Assembly: GCA_033442325.1 (NCBI GenBank)
Contig: JAWQFM010000017.1
Span: forward strand, 83,775 to 147,774
DNA from: Salpingoeca rosetta
Taxonomy: Eukaryota; Protista; Choanoflagellata
Length of the DNA: 64,000 nt
Direction: 5' to 3'
The translations under genes and the position numbers were made by a program. Shown here piece after piece: positions 36,701-49,890 of this stretch. The notes under the pieces were generated by a model that did not search any database, was not told where the DNA came from, and saw only the letters and a program-made list of their open reading frames with translations. How positions within the stretch are numbered: position 1 is the first letter of the stretch; every line of letters begins with the position of its first letter.

Positions 36701-38700
36701 GCTTCACGGGCGCATGGGCAAGCCCGACGGAGCTCGTGCTCACCGTGGCGCAGTGCCTCACGTGCCGTGGCGAGGAGACGGGCTTGCAGTTTGACACAAC
36801 ACCGCCGGCCGTGAGCCTCATCTTCATGGACCAGTTTGCTGGCGAGCGCATTCGCGTGCGCGCCGAGGGCGGCCTGCGCAACGCCGCAGAGACGTCGCTG
36901 CCGTCCACGGCGGTGGCACCGCGCTTCACGGGCGACTGGGGCCGTGCTCAGCCGCAGGTCACCACGATTGAGGTGAGCTCGCCAACGGACGTGAGCCCGT
37001 CCGAGGCCGGCTTTGCGCTGCCAACGGGCACGCAGCTGGTGCTGTCGTTCAACGGCCCTGTGAACCGCCTCGCGTGCACGGAGCTGACGGCCGAGGACTT
37101 TGACCTGGTGTTCCTGCAGCAGGTGCTGAGCCGCGGCGACGACGACGCGCTCACGGCTGACCTCGGGTCCGTTGTTGGCCGCTGGGTGGTGGCTGGCAGC
37201 GACGAGTGCCCGCTGACGGAGGACGAGGCGATGCAGCTGGGTGCAAACGGCGGTGCTGTGACTGCACGACGCCGCCGCGCAGCCAACGTGCCCACGTACG
37301 CAGACTCACTCATGCTGTACGTGGTTGACGCCAGCACACAGACGCTGCCGTCTGTGTCTGACCTGACGCTCTTCCTGAGTGTGGATGACACGTCGCTCGG
37401 CACGGAGTTCAACAACTACCTGCAGTCGTCCTCGCAGACCACGCGCAAGGTGATTGACGTCATGGACCCGAACTTCGACCCCGTGACGGATGCGTCCACA
37501 ACCAACGAGGGCGTGTATGTCGTGACATTTGTGGCCGCCGACCCCGACAACCGCGACTCGGAGTTCTCCGTGGGCGACACGCTCACGCTGACGTTCAACA
37601 CGGCCGTGGTGAGCAGGGACGTGAGCACGAAGCGCGCCATTGACGAGGCACTCGTGTTTGAGCAGGAGGGTGTGGCCGTGGACATTGCGGATTACGAGGG
37701 CGAGTTCACGGCGCCAGATACGCTGGTGATCACCGTCCTCAACGCGACGAGCAACATTGTGCCTGCTGTTGGCGGGATGCGCGTGCGCATGCTGCCGGAG
37801 ACGTTCGTCGCCGCAAACGACGAGAGCGTGGTGAACGTGCAGTCCGGCCGGCTGCTGGAGGGCGACTTTGGCAGCCCGCGCGAGACCAGCGCCATGTACT
37901 ACGTGGCGCCCGTGCTGCTGTTTGTGATTGCGGGCCTGTTTGCGCTGTTTGCCCTCTTCAAGCAGAAGCGCGCGGAGGACAAGCGCAAGATGTCCGCAGC
38001 CGTTCTCACGAGCGGACAGGAGCAGACGTGGATGCAGCCGCCACCAGCGGTCACCATGCGCAAGACACAGGACCCCTTCACCAACTTTGACACGCTCGGT
38101 GCCAGCCAGCACGGCAGCGCAGCAGCAGCGGCGGCCTCGTCCACAAAGCCACAAGAGAAGCGCGTGTCTGTGCCGCGGCTGTCGTTTGACGCCAACGCGC
38201 ACCGCTCGCTGCCTCAACCGCCGTCGCAGCAGCAGTTCTCGCCGCGCCGCCGCCCATCACTCATCGCTCGCTCGGGATCAACATCCTCCCAGCAGCAGCA
38301 GCAGCAACAGCAGCAGTCAAACCCGCTGTCTCCAGTTGCTGTTCCGCCCCTGCGCCGGGACAGTGCAGGCGAGGGCGCCGTGCCCCGCCGCTCCAACATG
38401 CCCAAGGGCTCACTGCCACCACTTCGCACGCAAGACCCCTTCCGTGCTGCCAGCGGGGCGCCGCATTTCCTGCCGCCACTGGCCAAGCGGCCTGGCGCAG
38501 GCACCACGCGCCCGCCAAGCCTGTCCCGCCCGCCGCCACCAGCAGCTGGTCGGCTGGCGTCGCTCTCACGTGCACCGGGACAGGGCGGGGCCAAGCGGCC
38601 GTCACTCGCTGCACCGCCACGCCCGTCGCTGCCGAGCCTGAGGCGCGGGCCACCAACCATGAGGCCGCCGCCAGGCACACGGGGCGACAGCAAGCAGTAA
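581..38700 (+). CDS. Giant (~12,500 aa) type-I transmembrane adhesin-like surface protein (IPT/TIG, cadherin-like/Ig-like repeats, P-domains, tandem-95/Big_9-like repeats, mucin segment, TM, Pro-rich tail), broken into 5 ORFs in this assembly
   Basis: ORFs 828-7595, 6913-13356, 13521-17795, 17747-28252 and 28480-38700 carry the same repeat families and continue across the breaks. There is only one signal peptide (MELLLLLLLTTALSPVKA, ATG 921) and only one TM helix (37894-37959). A possible micro-exon ATG 581-583 is joined by a GT..AG intron (584-902) in frame. Confidence 0.8.
584..902 (+). other. Putative spliceosomal intron after a lone ATG codon
   Basis: ATG|GTACGC ... (CA)n-rich ... ACAACAG|GCA. 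Splicing gives M-ARRASP-MELLLL in frame. Confidence 0.55.
921..7399 (+). CDS. Giant adhesin segment 1: signal peptide, IPT/TIG x9, first super-repeat
   Basis: ORF 828-7595. The repeat consensus is lost after ...QQRSNT, where GGG at 7397-7399 shifts the frame. Confidence 0.85.
1070..3480 (+). repeat. Nine tandem IPT/TIG-like domains (~85-95 aa)
   Basis: Repeated I..V.P.SGQ.GTRVTI.G..LLGG ... GDV...ADTGA...F.Y motif. Confidence 0.85.
7400..13338 (+). CDS. Giant adhesin segment 2: cadherin-like modules plus first P-domain pair
   Basis: ORF 6913-13356 matches the repeat consensus from AFTTIDLTAVNDAP to TRVVRV. Confidence 0.85.
8190..9030 (+). other. Tandem proprotein-convertase P-domain pair (copy 1)
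   Basis: VSDVQVVVDIDHPYVGELILTLSH ... LSAFDG...GDWVLEVQD...GSLRRFALIL matches the recalled P_proprotein signature. Confidence 0.75.
12889..13192 (+). repeat. Near-identical internal duplication A1 (copy at 17472-17775)
   Basis: Direct comparison: offset 4583, only about 4 substitutions seen. Confidence 0.95.
13339..13495. other. Compositionally foreign, non-coding ~157-bp segment inside the giant gene
   Basis: Abrupt loss of codon bias, lower GC, TA dinucleotides and stop codons; no host-type microsatellite. Confidence 0.8.
13496..17775 (+). CDS. Giant adhesin segment 3
   Basis: ORF 13521-17795. It extends upstream as TYV(g)EHGGPVRLL with one extra G at ~13505. Confidence 0.85.
13864..14369 (+). 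repeat. Near-identical internal duplication B1 (copy at 17772-18277)
   Basis: Direct comparison: offset 3908, very few substitutions. Confidence 0.95.
17472..18277 (+). repeat. Second copy of A+B, fused at a GCGT microhomology
   Basis: Matches 12889-13192, then jumps to 13864-14369. Confidence 0.95.
17772..28206 (+). CDS. Giant adhesin segment 4: includes second P-domain pair and Cys-rich minidomain
   Basis: ORF 17747-28252 follows the consensus from VDFDVAVINDRRP to ELTNDA. Confidence 0.85.
25215..26065 (+). other. Tandem proprotein-convertase P-domain pair (copy 2)
   Basis: LQHDMLGDVRAYLEHDG...GDWTLQVVD...GQLLDWSL and VTDVDVAV...LAHPDGT...GEWSLTV...LHGWALSL. Confidence 0.75.
27749..29228 (+). 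repeat. Near-identical duplication C1/D1 (copy at 32287-33632), interrupted by foreign segment 28207-28729
   Basis: 27749-28206 matches 32287-32744 (offset 4538); 28730-29228 matches 33134-33632 (offset 4404). Confidence 0.95.
28207..28729. other. Compositionally foreign, non-coding 523-bp segment replacing one repeat module
   Basis: Borders defined to the base by the duplicate at 32287-33632; random-looking sequence of roughly balanced composition. Confidence 0.85.
28730..38700 (+). CDS. Giant adhesin segment 5: last super-repeats, Big_9-like repeats, mucin, RRRR site, TM, cytoplasmic tail
   Basis: ORF 28480-38700 follows the consensus from GGVSLQSTAFVSF; stop TAA at 38698-38700. Confidence 0.85.
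32287..33632 (+). repeat. Intact second copy of the C-D duplication
   Basis: Open frame; contains the 389-bp module (32745-33133) that is missing from copy 1. Confidence 0.95.
34020..36520 (+). repeat. Seven tandem-95/Big_9-like repeats, each with a VCD-x4-C cysteine pair
   Basis: Repeated YTP..N(F/Y).G.D.F.(Y/F).VCD..G.C....V...V..VND.P.A motif. Confidence 0.8.
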
Positions 38701-39552
38701 TCGATTTGGGTGTGAGGAAGTGGGTGGTGATCTTTGTGTGACGTGACAAGGGTGAAGTTTGTTGTTGATGTGTGAGTGTGCGTTGTGTACTGTGTTCGAC
38801 TTGTGTTTGTGTTCCGTGTGTTGTGTTTGTGTGACCTGGGAGATGAATGAGCAGTGCTGAGGTGAGCTGCGGTCTGGGATGTGTTGTTTTCGCATGTGTA
38901 CGAGCGTGTGTGGAGTGATATGATGACGTGACGTGAGTGATGTGATGATGTGATTCGTGTGACATTCCCATTTCGTTGAATATGTTCTTTTACTTGTGTA
39001 TTGTGTCGTTTGTTTTCCTGTCATTCTGCCTTGTGACCCCCCACTCTTTGCCTGCAAGCAAGCGGTGCAGTGTGGCTTTTGATGTCGGTTCCGTCCTTTC
39101 TTTTTGTCATTGATTTGTTGTGCCCATTGTGTTTGAGTGTTGGGTCTCATCTGACTGTTTGTTGTTCTGCCCTAACCATGAGTGCGCAAGTGGCAAGAGT
39201 GAGCTGAGAATGACCGGGGCATGTGGTGTGCGGGCGTGGGAAGCAACAGCTGTTGTCTCCACACCTCCGCCATCTCGTTCGCGGCGTCTCTCGCTCTGGC
39301 TCTCACTTGCGCCATTCATTGTCAGTAAACAGCAACACTGCATTCACTGAGCACGCACAACGACTTTGCTATGGGGTGGCGGTACGTTTTGGGTGTAACG
39401 TGATGGACTTGATTTCACACCACTGCTTTGGTTCTTTTACTGTTTGCTGTGTTGTTGCAGAAGAAGGGAAAGAGGTGGGGCGGGGAGGGGAGACACGAAG
39501 GAATGACAAAACAACAAAAGTTACACCCAACACCACGTCGCAGTGCAACGAG

Positions 39553-42225
<2,673 letters not shown>

Positions 42226-42333
42226 CTCCGCCAACAAACGCACAAACAGCAAGGCAAGCGACAAGCCGAGCAACAGGGAAGAAGTGTGTGATTTCCTCCT
42301 CTTCTTCCTCTTCGCACAAATCCAAACAAGAAG
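42226..42333. promoter_or_regulatory. Putative very short bidirectional promoter between COPS5 and the scaffold gene
   Basis: Divergent ATGs at 42225 (-) and 42334 (+), 108 bp apart. The second ATG is not certain. Confidence 0.4.
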
Positions 42334-43130
42334 ATGGAGGCGAAGAGAAAGACAGCAGCCACAGCAACTGCTGGTGGTGGTGGTGGTGGTGCGCGCACAC
42401 CGCGCACGCCCCAACAGCAGCAGCAGCAGCAAGCGCAGGGACGACCGGCGTCTTCAAGCAGCAGTGGCAGCTCCACAACAGGGTCTGCTCGCTCTTCTCG
42501 TCGTCGCACAGGTGGGGTGTTTTGGGAGAAGCAGAGTACGAGAGCACGTTGATCGCGTTGACCGTGTGATAGTGTGGTTGCAGTTGTTCTGCTGTATCGC
42601 ATGCAGCATCTTGCCAGCATCCACAATGATGCATGCACACACACACACACACGCACATACACTCATCCACACACGCACATGCACTCACACTCGCTCACAC
42701 ACATGCACTCACACACACACACACACACACTCTCTCTCTCTCTCTCTCTCTCCTCTCTCACCGAACCACACATATCGCACTGCCTCCAACAGGCCGCCGT
42801 TTACCAACACCAGGTCAGTAGTGCAGTGCAATGTGACGATCCGATCGCTGTTGTAGTGTCACCCCCCCCCACCTTCTCATCATAGACACAAAGACGCCGA
42901 CTCTCATCCTTTGTTGCACGCATGCATGCACCTGTTGGTGGAACCAAAGGGGCGAAAGCGCCAGCGACAGCACGGACGCCATCCAGCAAAGCTCGGCCTG
43001 GCAGCGGCTCATCTGCGGCCGATGCAGAAGCACGGCGCAAACGCATGGAGGAAGCGCGTGCGCGCAAGAAGGCAGAGGACAAGGCTCGCCACGAACACAT
43101 GGTCGCTCTCGCACAACAGTCCGAGGTGTG

Positions 43131-43178
<48 letters not shown>

Positions 43179-43766
43179 TCACTCCGGCTTCAGTTGTCTT
43201 GTCCACGACGTCTTTGCTATCCCTTTCCATTCTCGCCCCCCCCCCTCACCACCGCCACCATCATGTGATTACAAAGGCTCGAGCGGCCAAGGCAGCACAA
43301 CGGCGTGCAAAGCAGCCGTCCCCGAAACAACAGCAGAAGCAGACACACGCACCTACATCCCCGACTCCCTCGCCAGCAGCGAAACACCCAAAGACTGCCA
43401 AGACCACACGTTCCCCAGCCAGCAGCACTTCCGCAACCACAGCGATCGCTGCTGCAGCCACCAAGAAGGACAATGCCAAAGCAGATAAGGGGAAGGAGAA
43501 GGGGAAAGAGAAAGGAACGGGGAGAACAGGCCTGTTCCGCGCAGCCCGCATGTCAAAGGGGAAGGAGGATAAGAACGGCAAGCAAGACAGCAACAAGAAG
43601 AAGGCCGATGTGCAGGTGTCACTCATGGAAGCGACAACGGCTGGTGCAGCAGCATCCCAAACGGCGAGCACCAAATCGCATGCAGCGCCGCCATCGCCGA
43701 CGCGGCCCACGTTTTCTCGCTTCTCTCAACTCGACCCAGCGCCATCCACGGTACGCTGTATGGATG

Positions 43767-43842
<76 letters not shown>

Positions 43843-43898
43843 CGCGCATGTGTGTGTATGTGTGTATGTGTGTGTGTGTGTGTATGTGTGCATGTGTG

Positions 43899-43936
<38 letters not shown>

Positions 43937-45256
43937 TGTGCCGTTTGTGGGCGCATTTTTTCCTTCCTCACGTTGCGCGCAAGCAACCCTCCCTTCTTAC
44001 CCACTTTGCACACTCACGCACACTCACAACACACCCCGTGCACGCTGCCAGCCCACCACGAGTGCGTCATCATCGCGTCGCAGCAGCAAGAGAGATACGC
44101 GCGCCTCCAAGGACGTCGGCAGGGCACAACCTGCCAACGGCGAAGCAGCCGATGAGGACGTCGGCGGCACACGCGACCGTGATCGTTCCAACACTGGTGC
44201 CGACAGCGACAGCGGTGAGGGCGAGGATGACGAAGTGACGAGTGCACGCGGGTCTGGCGGCGGCGGTGAGCACACCTTCTCCCGGAGCGCGAGCGTCCGC
44301 AAGCAGATACAGTACACGCTGCGCCGGCAGGAGTCTGAGGCGCTGATACAGGAGCTGTTGGACGGTGATGTGGCGTCGGCATCGTCATCCACATCATCTC
44401 CATCGCTCTCACGCACGCAGCACGCCCGCCACAGTCAGCAGCAGAAGCTGAACGAACTCGGCGAAGAGGAACAGCAGCAGCAGCAGCAGCAGCATCATCA
44501 GCAGCGGAGGGAGGTGGATTTGCGGCTTGGCGGGAGTGTTGGTGATGATGCCGGTGCTCGCGATGGCAGCGGCAGTGATGAGGACGAGGAGGAAGGCCCG
44601 CCACCGCCACTTCCAACATCATCGCCACCGCCACTCGATGTGCACGAGGAAGCGGATGAGGAGGAAGCACGTTTGGACGATGCAGATGCAGGCGCGAAAA
44701 GGGATGATGCGGAGAAGAACGAAGAACGGGCCGCGACGACAATGGGTGGTGATCACGGCGCCACTTATGGTGGCGAACGTGACGCAAAGGCGACGCACAC
44801 GGCCGCACACGCTGCCGACACAGGAACGTCAGCAGAGAGCGAGGCCGCTGCGTCACTGCCAGCAGAATCCCGCGTACACACGCGCGATGAACGACCACTT
44901 GTCCTGGCGGAACGCAAAGCTTCACTGCGATCGGCACTGGCCGACCACCTAGGCGGTGGCGGTGGCAGTGGCGATGATAACCAAAAACAGCAACAACAAC
45001 TGCTGCAGCCTGGTGAGCAGGAGCCAAAGCTGGTGTGGAAGAAGCATCAGCTGCACATCAACAAAGGCCACGGTCCCCTCGGTTTTGCCATCAAGAAGAA
45101 ACGCAGCACAGATCTCCCGTACCACCTCTGCACAGGTAACACTTTTAATTGTGTGTGTGCGTGTGTGCGTGACTGTGGGTGTATGCACATGTGTGTGTGT
45201 GTGTTCGTGTGCGTGACTGTGGGTGTATGCACATGTGTGTGTGTGTGTCTGTGTGG

Positions 45257-45315
<59 letters not shown>

Positions 45316-46941
45316 TCGGTGCACCTTCGTGTGCAAGCACCTTGCTTTTGTTTCCGCTTCCAAGATTGCGTTTTGCGTTATTGGGGCCGGCTGCCTTGCT
45401 CATATCCACCGCCATCACCACAACCATCACCTGCCGCCGTGTCAGGCACGGTGAAGGAGGGTGGGGCTGCGCGCCACGCTGGACTGCGCACAGGGGATGT
45501 GCTGTGCCGCATCAACGGCCGTGATCTGAGGTCAACCAGCAAGGAGCAGGCCACGTCGCTGCTGCGGCACGCATCCGGCACCGTCGCCATCACCGTGTAC
45601 AGGCGGCAGCTGGCGAGCGAGACAAGCGGGCCGACAACACCGCAGATGGTGCGGCGACAGCGATTCATGGCAGCCCAGCAGCAGCAGCAGCACCAACACG
45701 ATGCCGACCAGCATCGGCAGGAGCGTGACCAGCACCAACAGTACGGGGAAGTGCCACCGTCGCCGGCGTCTGTGGTGACGGCCACATCACCGCTCACGCC
45801 ATCGGGCGACGCGACGGGCGCAGAGGAGAAGGAGGATAGCAGTGATGCAAAGGGCGCTGGCGCAGTGGTGGTTGACTTCACGACGCCCAAGGAGCAAGAA
45901 GAGACGATTGCAGAGATGCGTGATACAGAGCAGCGGGAGACGAAAGAGGCAGGAACAGCACAAGAGCAAGAAGCAGAAGAAGGGAAAACAACAGAGTCAA
46001 CAGCGACGACGGATCGCGTGCAGACCGAAGCAGAACAGCGGCAACAGCTGCGGACAGAAGAGGCAGAAGAGAGGGCGGAAGCAAAGGCCGCCGCCTCCGA
46101 CACGGCCGCCGCTGCTGCTGCTGCTGATGGCACCACCGACCAAGTCATTGACGAAGACGATGATGATGATGATGACAATGAAGATGATGACGAGTTCCAT
46201 GATGCTCGAACAGGTGAAGAGGAGGATGAGGACGACGACGACGACGATGAGAAGTACTGCGGTTTCCCATCGTCGCCCGACCAGCGGGAAGCGCACGCAA
46301 CTACCGTCACAAGAGCCGGTGCTGGTGACCATGATGATGTTGGTCGTGGCAGCGGGCGTGGTGGCATGGCGATGTCTGGCCCTCCGTCGCGTTTCTCCGG
46401 TCCGCGAACGGAATATCTCCAGCGGCAGGTGAGATAACATGGAAGCAGTGCTGACGTGATGGCAACACGCTGGGTCTTTGCCTTACTTAACTGTGACATG
46501 CTGTTGTGTTCTTCGTGTGCATAGTGTTCTTCGTGTATATGCCCACGTCCACGCTCACATGTGCGTGTGTGTATTTGTGCGTGAACAGGTGTCGGCCATG
46601 CGTAGTGTTGACGAGGAAGAGATGCAGCAGCAGTTTGAAGAGGCGCTTGCATCCACCGCTCGTCCGCAGGTGCGAACACACCACGCGTACTGCAGTTGAT
46701 GTGTTCGCTCGTGCAAGCCGTCCAGTCACAACCACACTGCGATGGTCACTCAAGCACAACTTGGCGCGTGCTTGCTTGCATGCATGTATTCATGTTTGTA
46801 TGGGTAGGAGACGCGTGTACATGTGACAACTGAGGGCGGGGAACCAATGCCCATCGACGCTGCGTTTGTTTCTGGCGCCGTGGACAACAACAGGCGTTAC
46901 ATCATGTCCCAGGTTGGCGCTCGCGTCCGTGTTTTGTGGTG

Positions 46942-47024
<83 letters not shown>

Positions 47025-47577
47025 ATCACCTTGTAATTTGTTGTGTTGTGTTACAGGTTCGTGCTTGTGGTGTCGTTTCATGGACACTTCCGTTCCTTCA
47101 CCGCGGCGCACAAGCAATCGCTCACTCGTTTGCACGCGTCACTCACACCACCACCACCGCAGCCACCGACCGAGGACACGGCAGCCGCCTTCTGGCAGAT
47201 GGTCTGGGATCAGGATGTCAGAGCCATCATCGCTGTCTCGGACAGCAACAGCGGCGACGACAGCACCGGCGTATCGTGTGTGCCCAACACACTAGCAAGC
47301 GAAACGTACGGACGCGTTGTGGCGGGTCTTGTATCCAAAGGAGAAGAGGAGTGGTGGGTACAGCGACAACTGCTGATTGAGTGCGATGGCCGCCGCCGCC
47401 CAGTCCTGCACATGACCGTGCACATACCGACACCGGTGTCAACACATCGCCAACACCTTCAATCCCTGACAGCCCTCGTTCGCCACCTCCGCACCCTCGC
47501 CGCAGCCGCCGAAGGTGTGAAGCAACCGTACACGTGCGTGGGTGTGCTGTGTGTGCGTGCGTGTGTGTGTGTGCGTG

Positions 47578-47623
<46 letters not shown>

Positions 47624-49809
47624 TGAATTTCGTGCCCACATCTGTGTCTGTGTCCGCATGTGTCCGATTCTGCCCACCTGCGTAACAACCGGCTTTGGTC
47701 TCGCAGCATTCACGCACACTCATTCACTCGCTCGCCCTTTGCAAACTCAACACACCTTCGCACACACCTGCACACGCGCCAACAGGTCCGCTGCTGGTGT
47801 ATGAGACGAGCGAAGCCGAGCAAGAACAAGATGGTGACAATGACGAGGAGAGCCGTGGTGCCTCGGGCCTTGCTGGTGTTCTTGTCGCTGTTCACCGCAT
47901 GTACGACGCGATTGCGGCGCAGCTGGAGCCCATCAACACCGCCGCCACCATCGCCGACATGTGTGCACAGCGGGAGGGCGCCGTGCGGACGCGTGAGCAG
48001 TGCGCAACCGTGCACGCAGCGGTGCTGCTGCTGTTGGAGATGGAACAGAGCGAACTGCAAACGCAGCTGGAAGCAACAGAGGAGCGTGCCCACTCACGAC
48101 AACAGGCGTGGTCAGATGCCAGCAGCAGCACGGCCACAAAGGACCAACAGCAGCACGAACAACAGCCGCCATCCAAGTCGTCGCCTTCTGCAGTCCATCC
48201 TGCACCACCCAAATCCTCCACCGCAACACCGTCATCAACAACAGCAGCAGCTGCTGCGTCAACAGCAACATCAACAGCAGTGCGTGCACTGGAGACGGGC
48301 ACGGCGTATGGGCCAACGCGTCCCATGAACGTGACGCAGGAGCAGCTGCAACACTTGCGGCAGACCCCTGTACAGCGCTGGCGGCACAACGACGTGCTGC
48401 TGTTCCTGGCGTACCTGGACCTGTCGTGCCTGCAGGCACACCTCTCGTCCAAGAAGGGGCGCAAGGGGCGCAAGGTGAACGGGCGCGTGCTGGCCTCTCG
48501 ACCGCACCAGCTGCTGGCGTGTCTCGGCACCAGCGTCGCCAGCCACCACCGTGAGCGGCTGCTCGCCGGCGTCTCCGCCCTCTGTGCGCGCGATTCCCGC
48601 CTCCTCTTCACGGCCGACCGCGATGCAGAGCTGATCAAGCACACGGGGGCGCACCAGCTCTCGTGCGGGGCCACGGCACTGCCTGCATTTGTCAAGCGGG
48701 GTGGCGCCGTCGCCGTGCGCATCGACTGCTCAGACGTGTGTGCAGGCATGGGCCGCGTCATGTATGTCATGCAGCCAAAGGCAGAGGCAACGACGGAGGA
48801 TGTGCTGGCGTTTGCGGTTGGCAAGTGCAACCTCGGCACCATCCCACTCACGGCGCTGTCGTGTGTGCTTTACTCGCATACCCACGACACGGCACGTGAG
48901 ATTGGGCCGTCACCGCGTGATCTCCGCGACGCCGCCCTCCGCATCGTGCACTCGTGCGGGGAGGAGGACATGTGCATCCGCTGGCGACACACGTGCGCAA
49001 CCGGCATGAAACGCGTCCACGTCGACATTTCCACCCTCACTGGCGCAGCTGCCACCGCCGCTGACACAGCAGACCGCACAGGCAACAGTACTCGTGTGTC
49101 TGTGATGGCGGGGCCAAGGACACCGGTGTCGACGGTGATTGCATCCGTGCTCGCCGCTGCTGCTGCTCCTGAATCTGTGGAGTCGTTTGCTATCGAGTTC
49201 TTTGACACGCGGCTCATGCCAACAGATGCCCTCGCACCGGCCTTTGCCAATGGTGTGTGTATGTGTGTGTGTGTGTGTTGAGGGGGGGGGGGGGTTGTGT
49301 TTTTTCGGGCCTGTGTGTGCCTGTGTGCCTGTGTGTTCCTGTGTGCCTGTGTGTGCCTGTGTGCCTGTGTGTCTCGTGTGTGTGTGTGTGTGTGTGTGGT
49401 GTGTGTGAATGTGCCTGGACCTGGAATTTCACCGAAATATTTAAAAAACCCAGCCAATTGTTTCTGACACTGGTTGTTCCGCATTTGAATTCCTTTTAAA
49501 GTTTAAAAGGGAGGGGCGGGGGATCCTAAAAATAAGACCGGGCCGAAATTTNNNNNNNNNNNNNNNNNNNNNNNNNNNNNNNNNNNNNNNNNNNNNNNNN
49601 NNNNNNNNNNNNNNNNNNNNNNNNNNNNNNNNNNNNNNNNNNNNNNNNNNNACACACACACACACATATGCAAACACATACACGCGTGTTGGCTGCGTTC
49701 GCCATTTCAGGCGGAGAATGCGCAGTTGCGCCAACAGCTTCAACAGCAGGCTGATGTTGATGACCTCAGACACCAGGTGTGCGAAGGGCGTACTTTCAAC
49801 GCTTGTGGA

Positions 49810-49890
<81 letters not shown>

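Noticed and set aside
37131-38688. RGD tripeptides (SRGDD in the ectodomain, TRGDS in the tail)
   Set aside because: Expected by chance in ~12,500 aa, and one is cytoplasmic.
49400-49551. AT- and homopolymer-rich odd sequence before a gap (also 57040-57204)
   Set aside because: Typical low-quality read ends adjoining N gaps.
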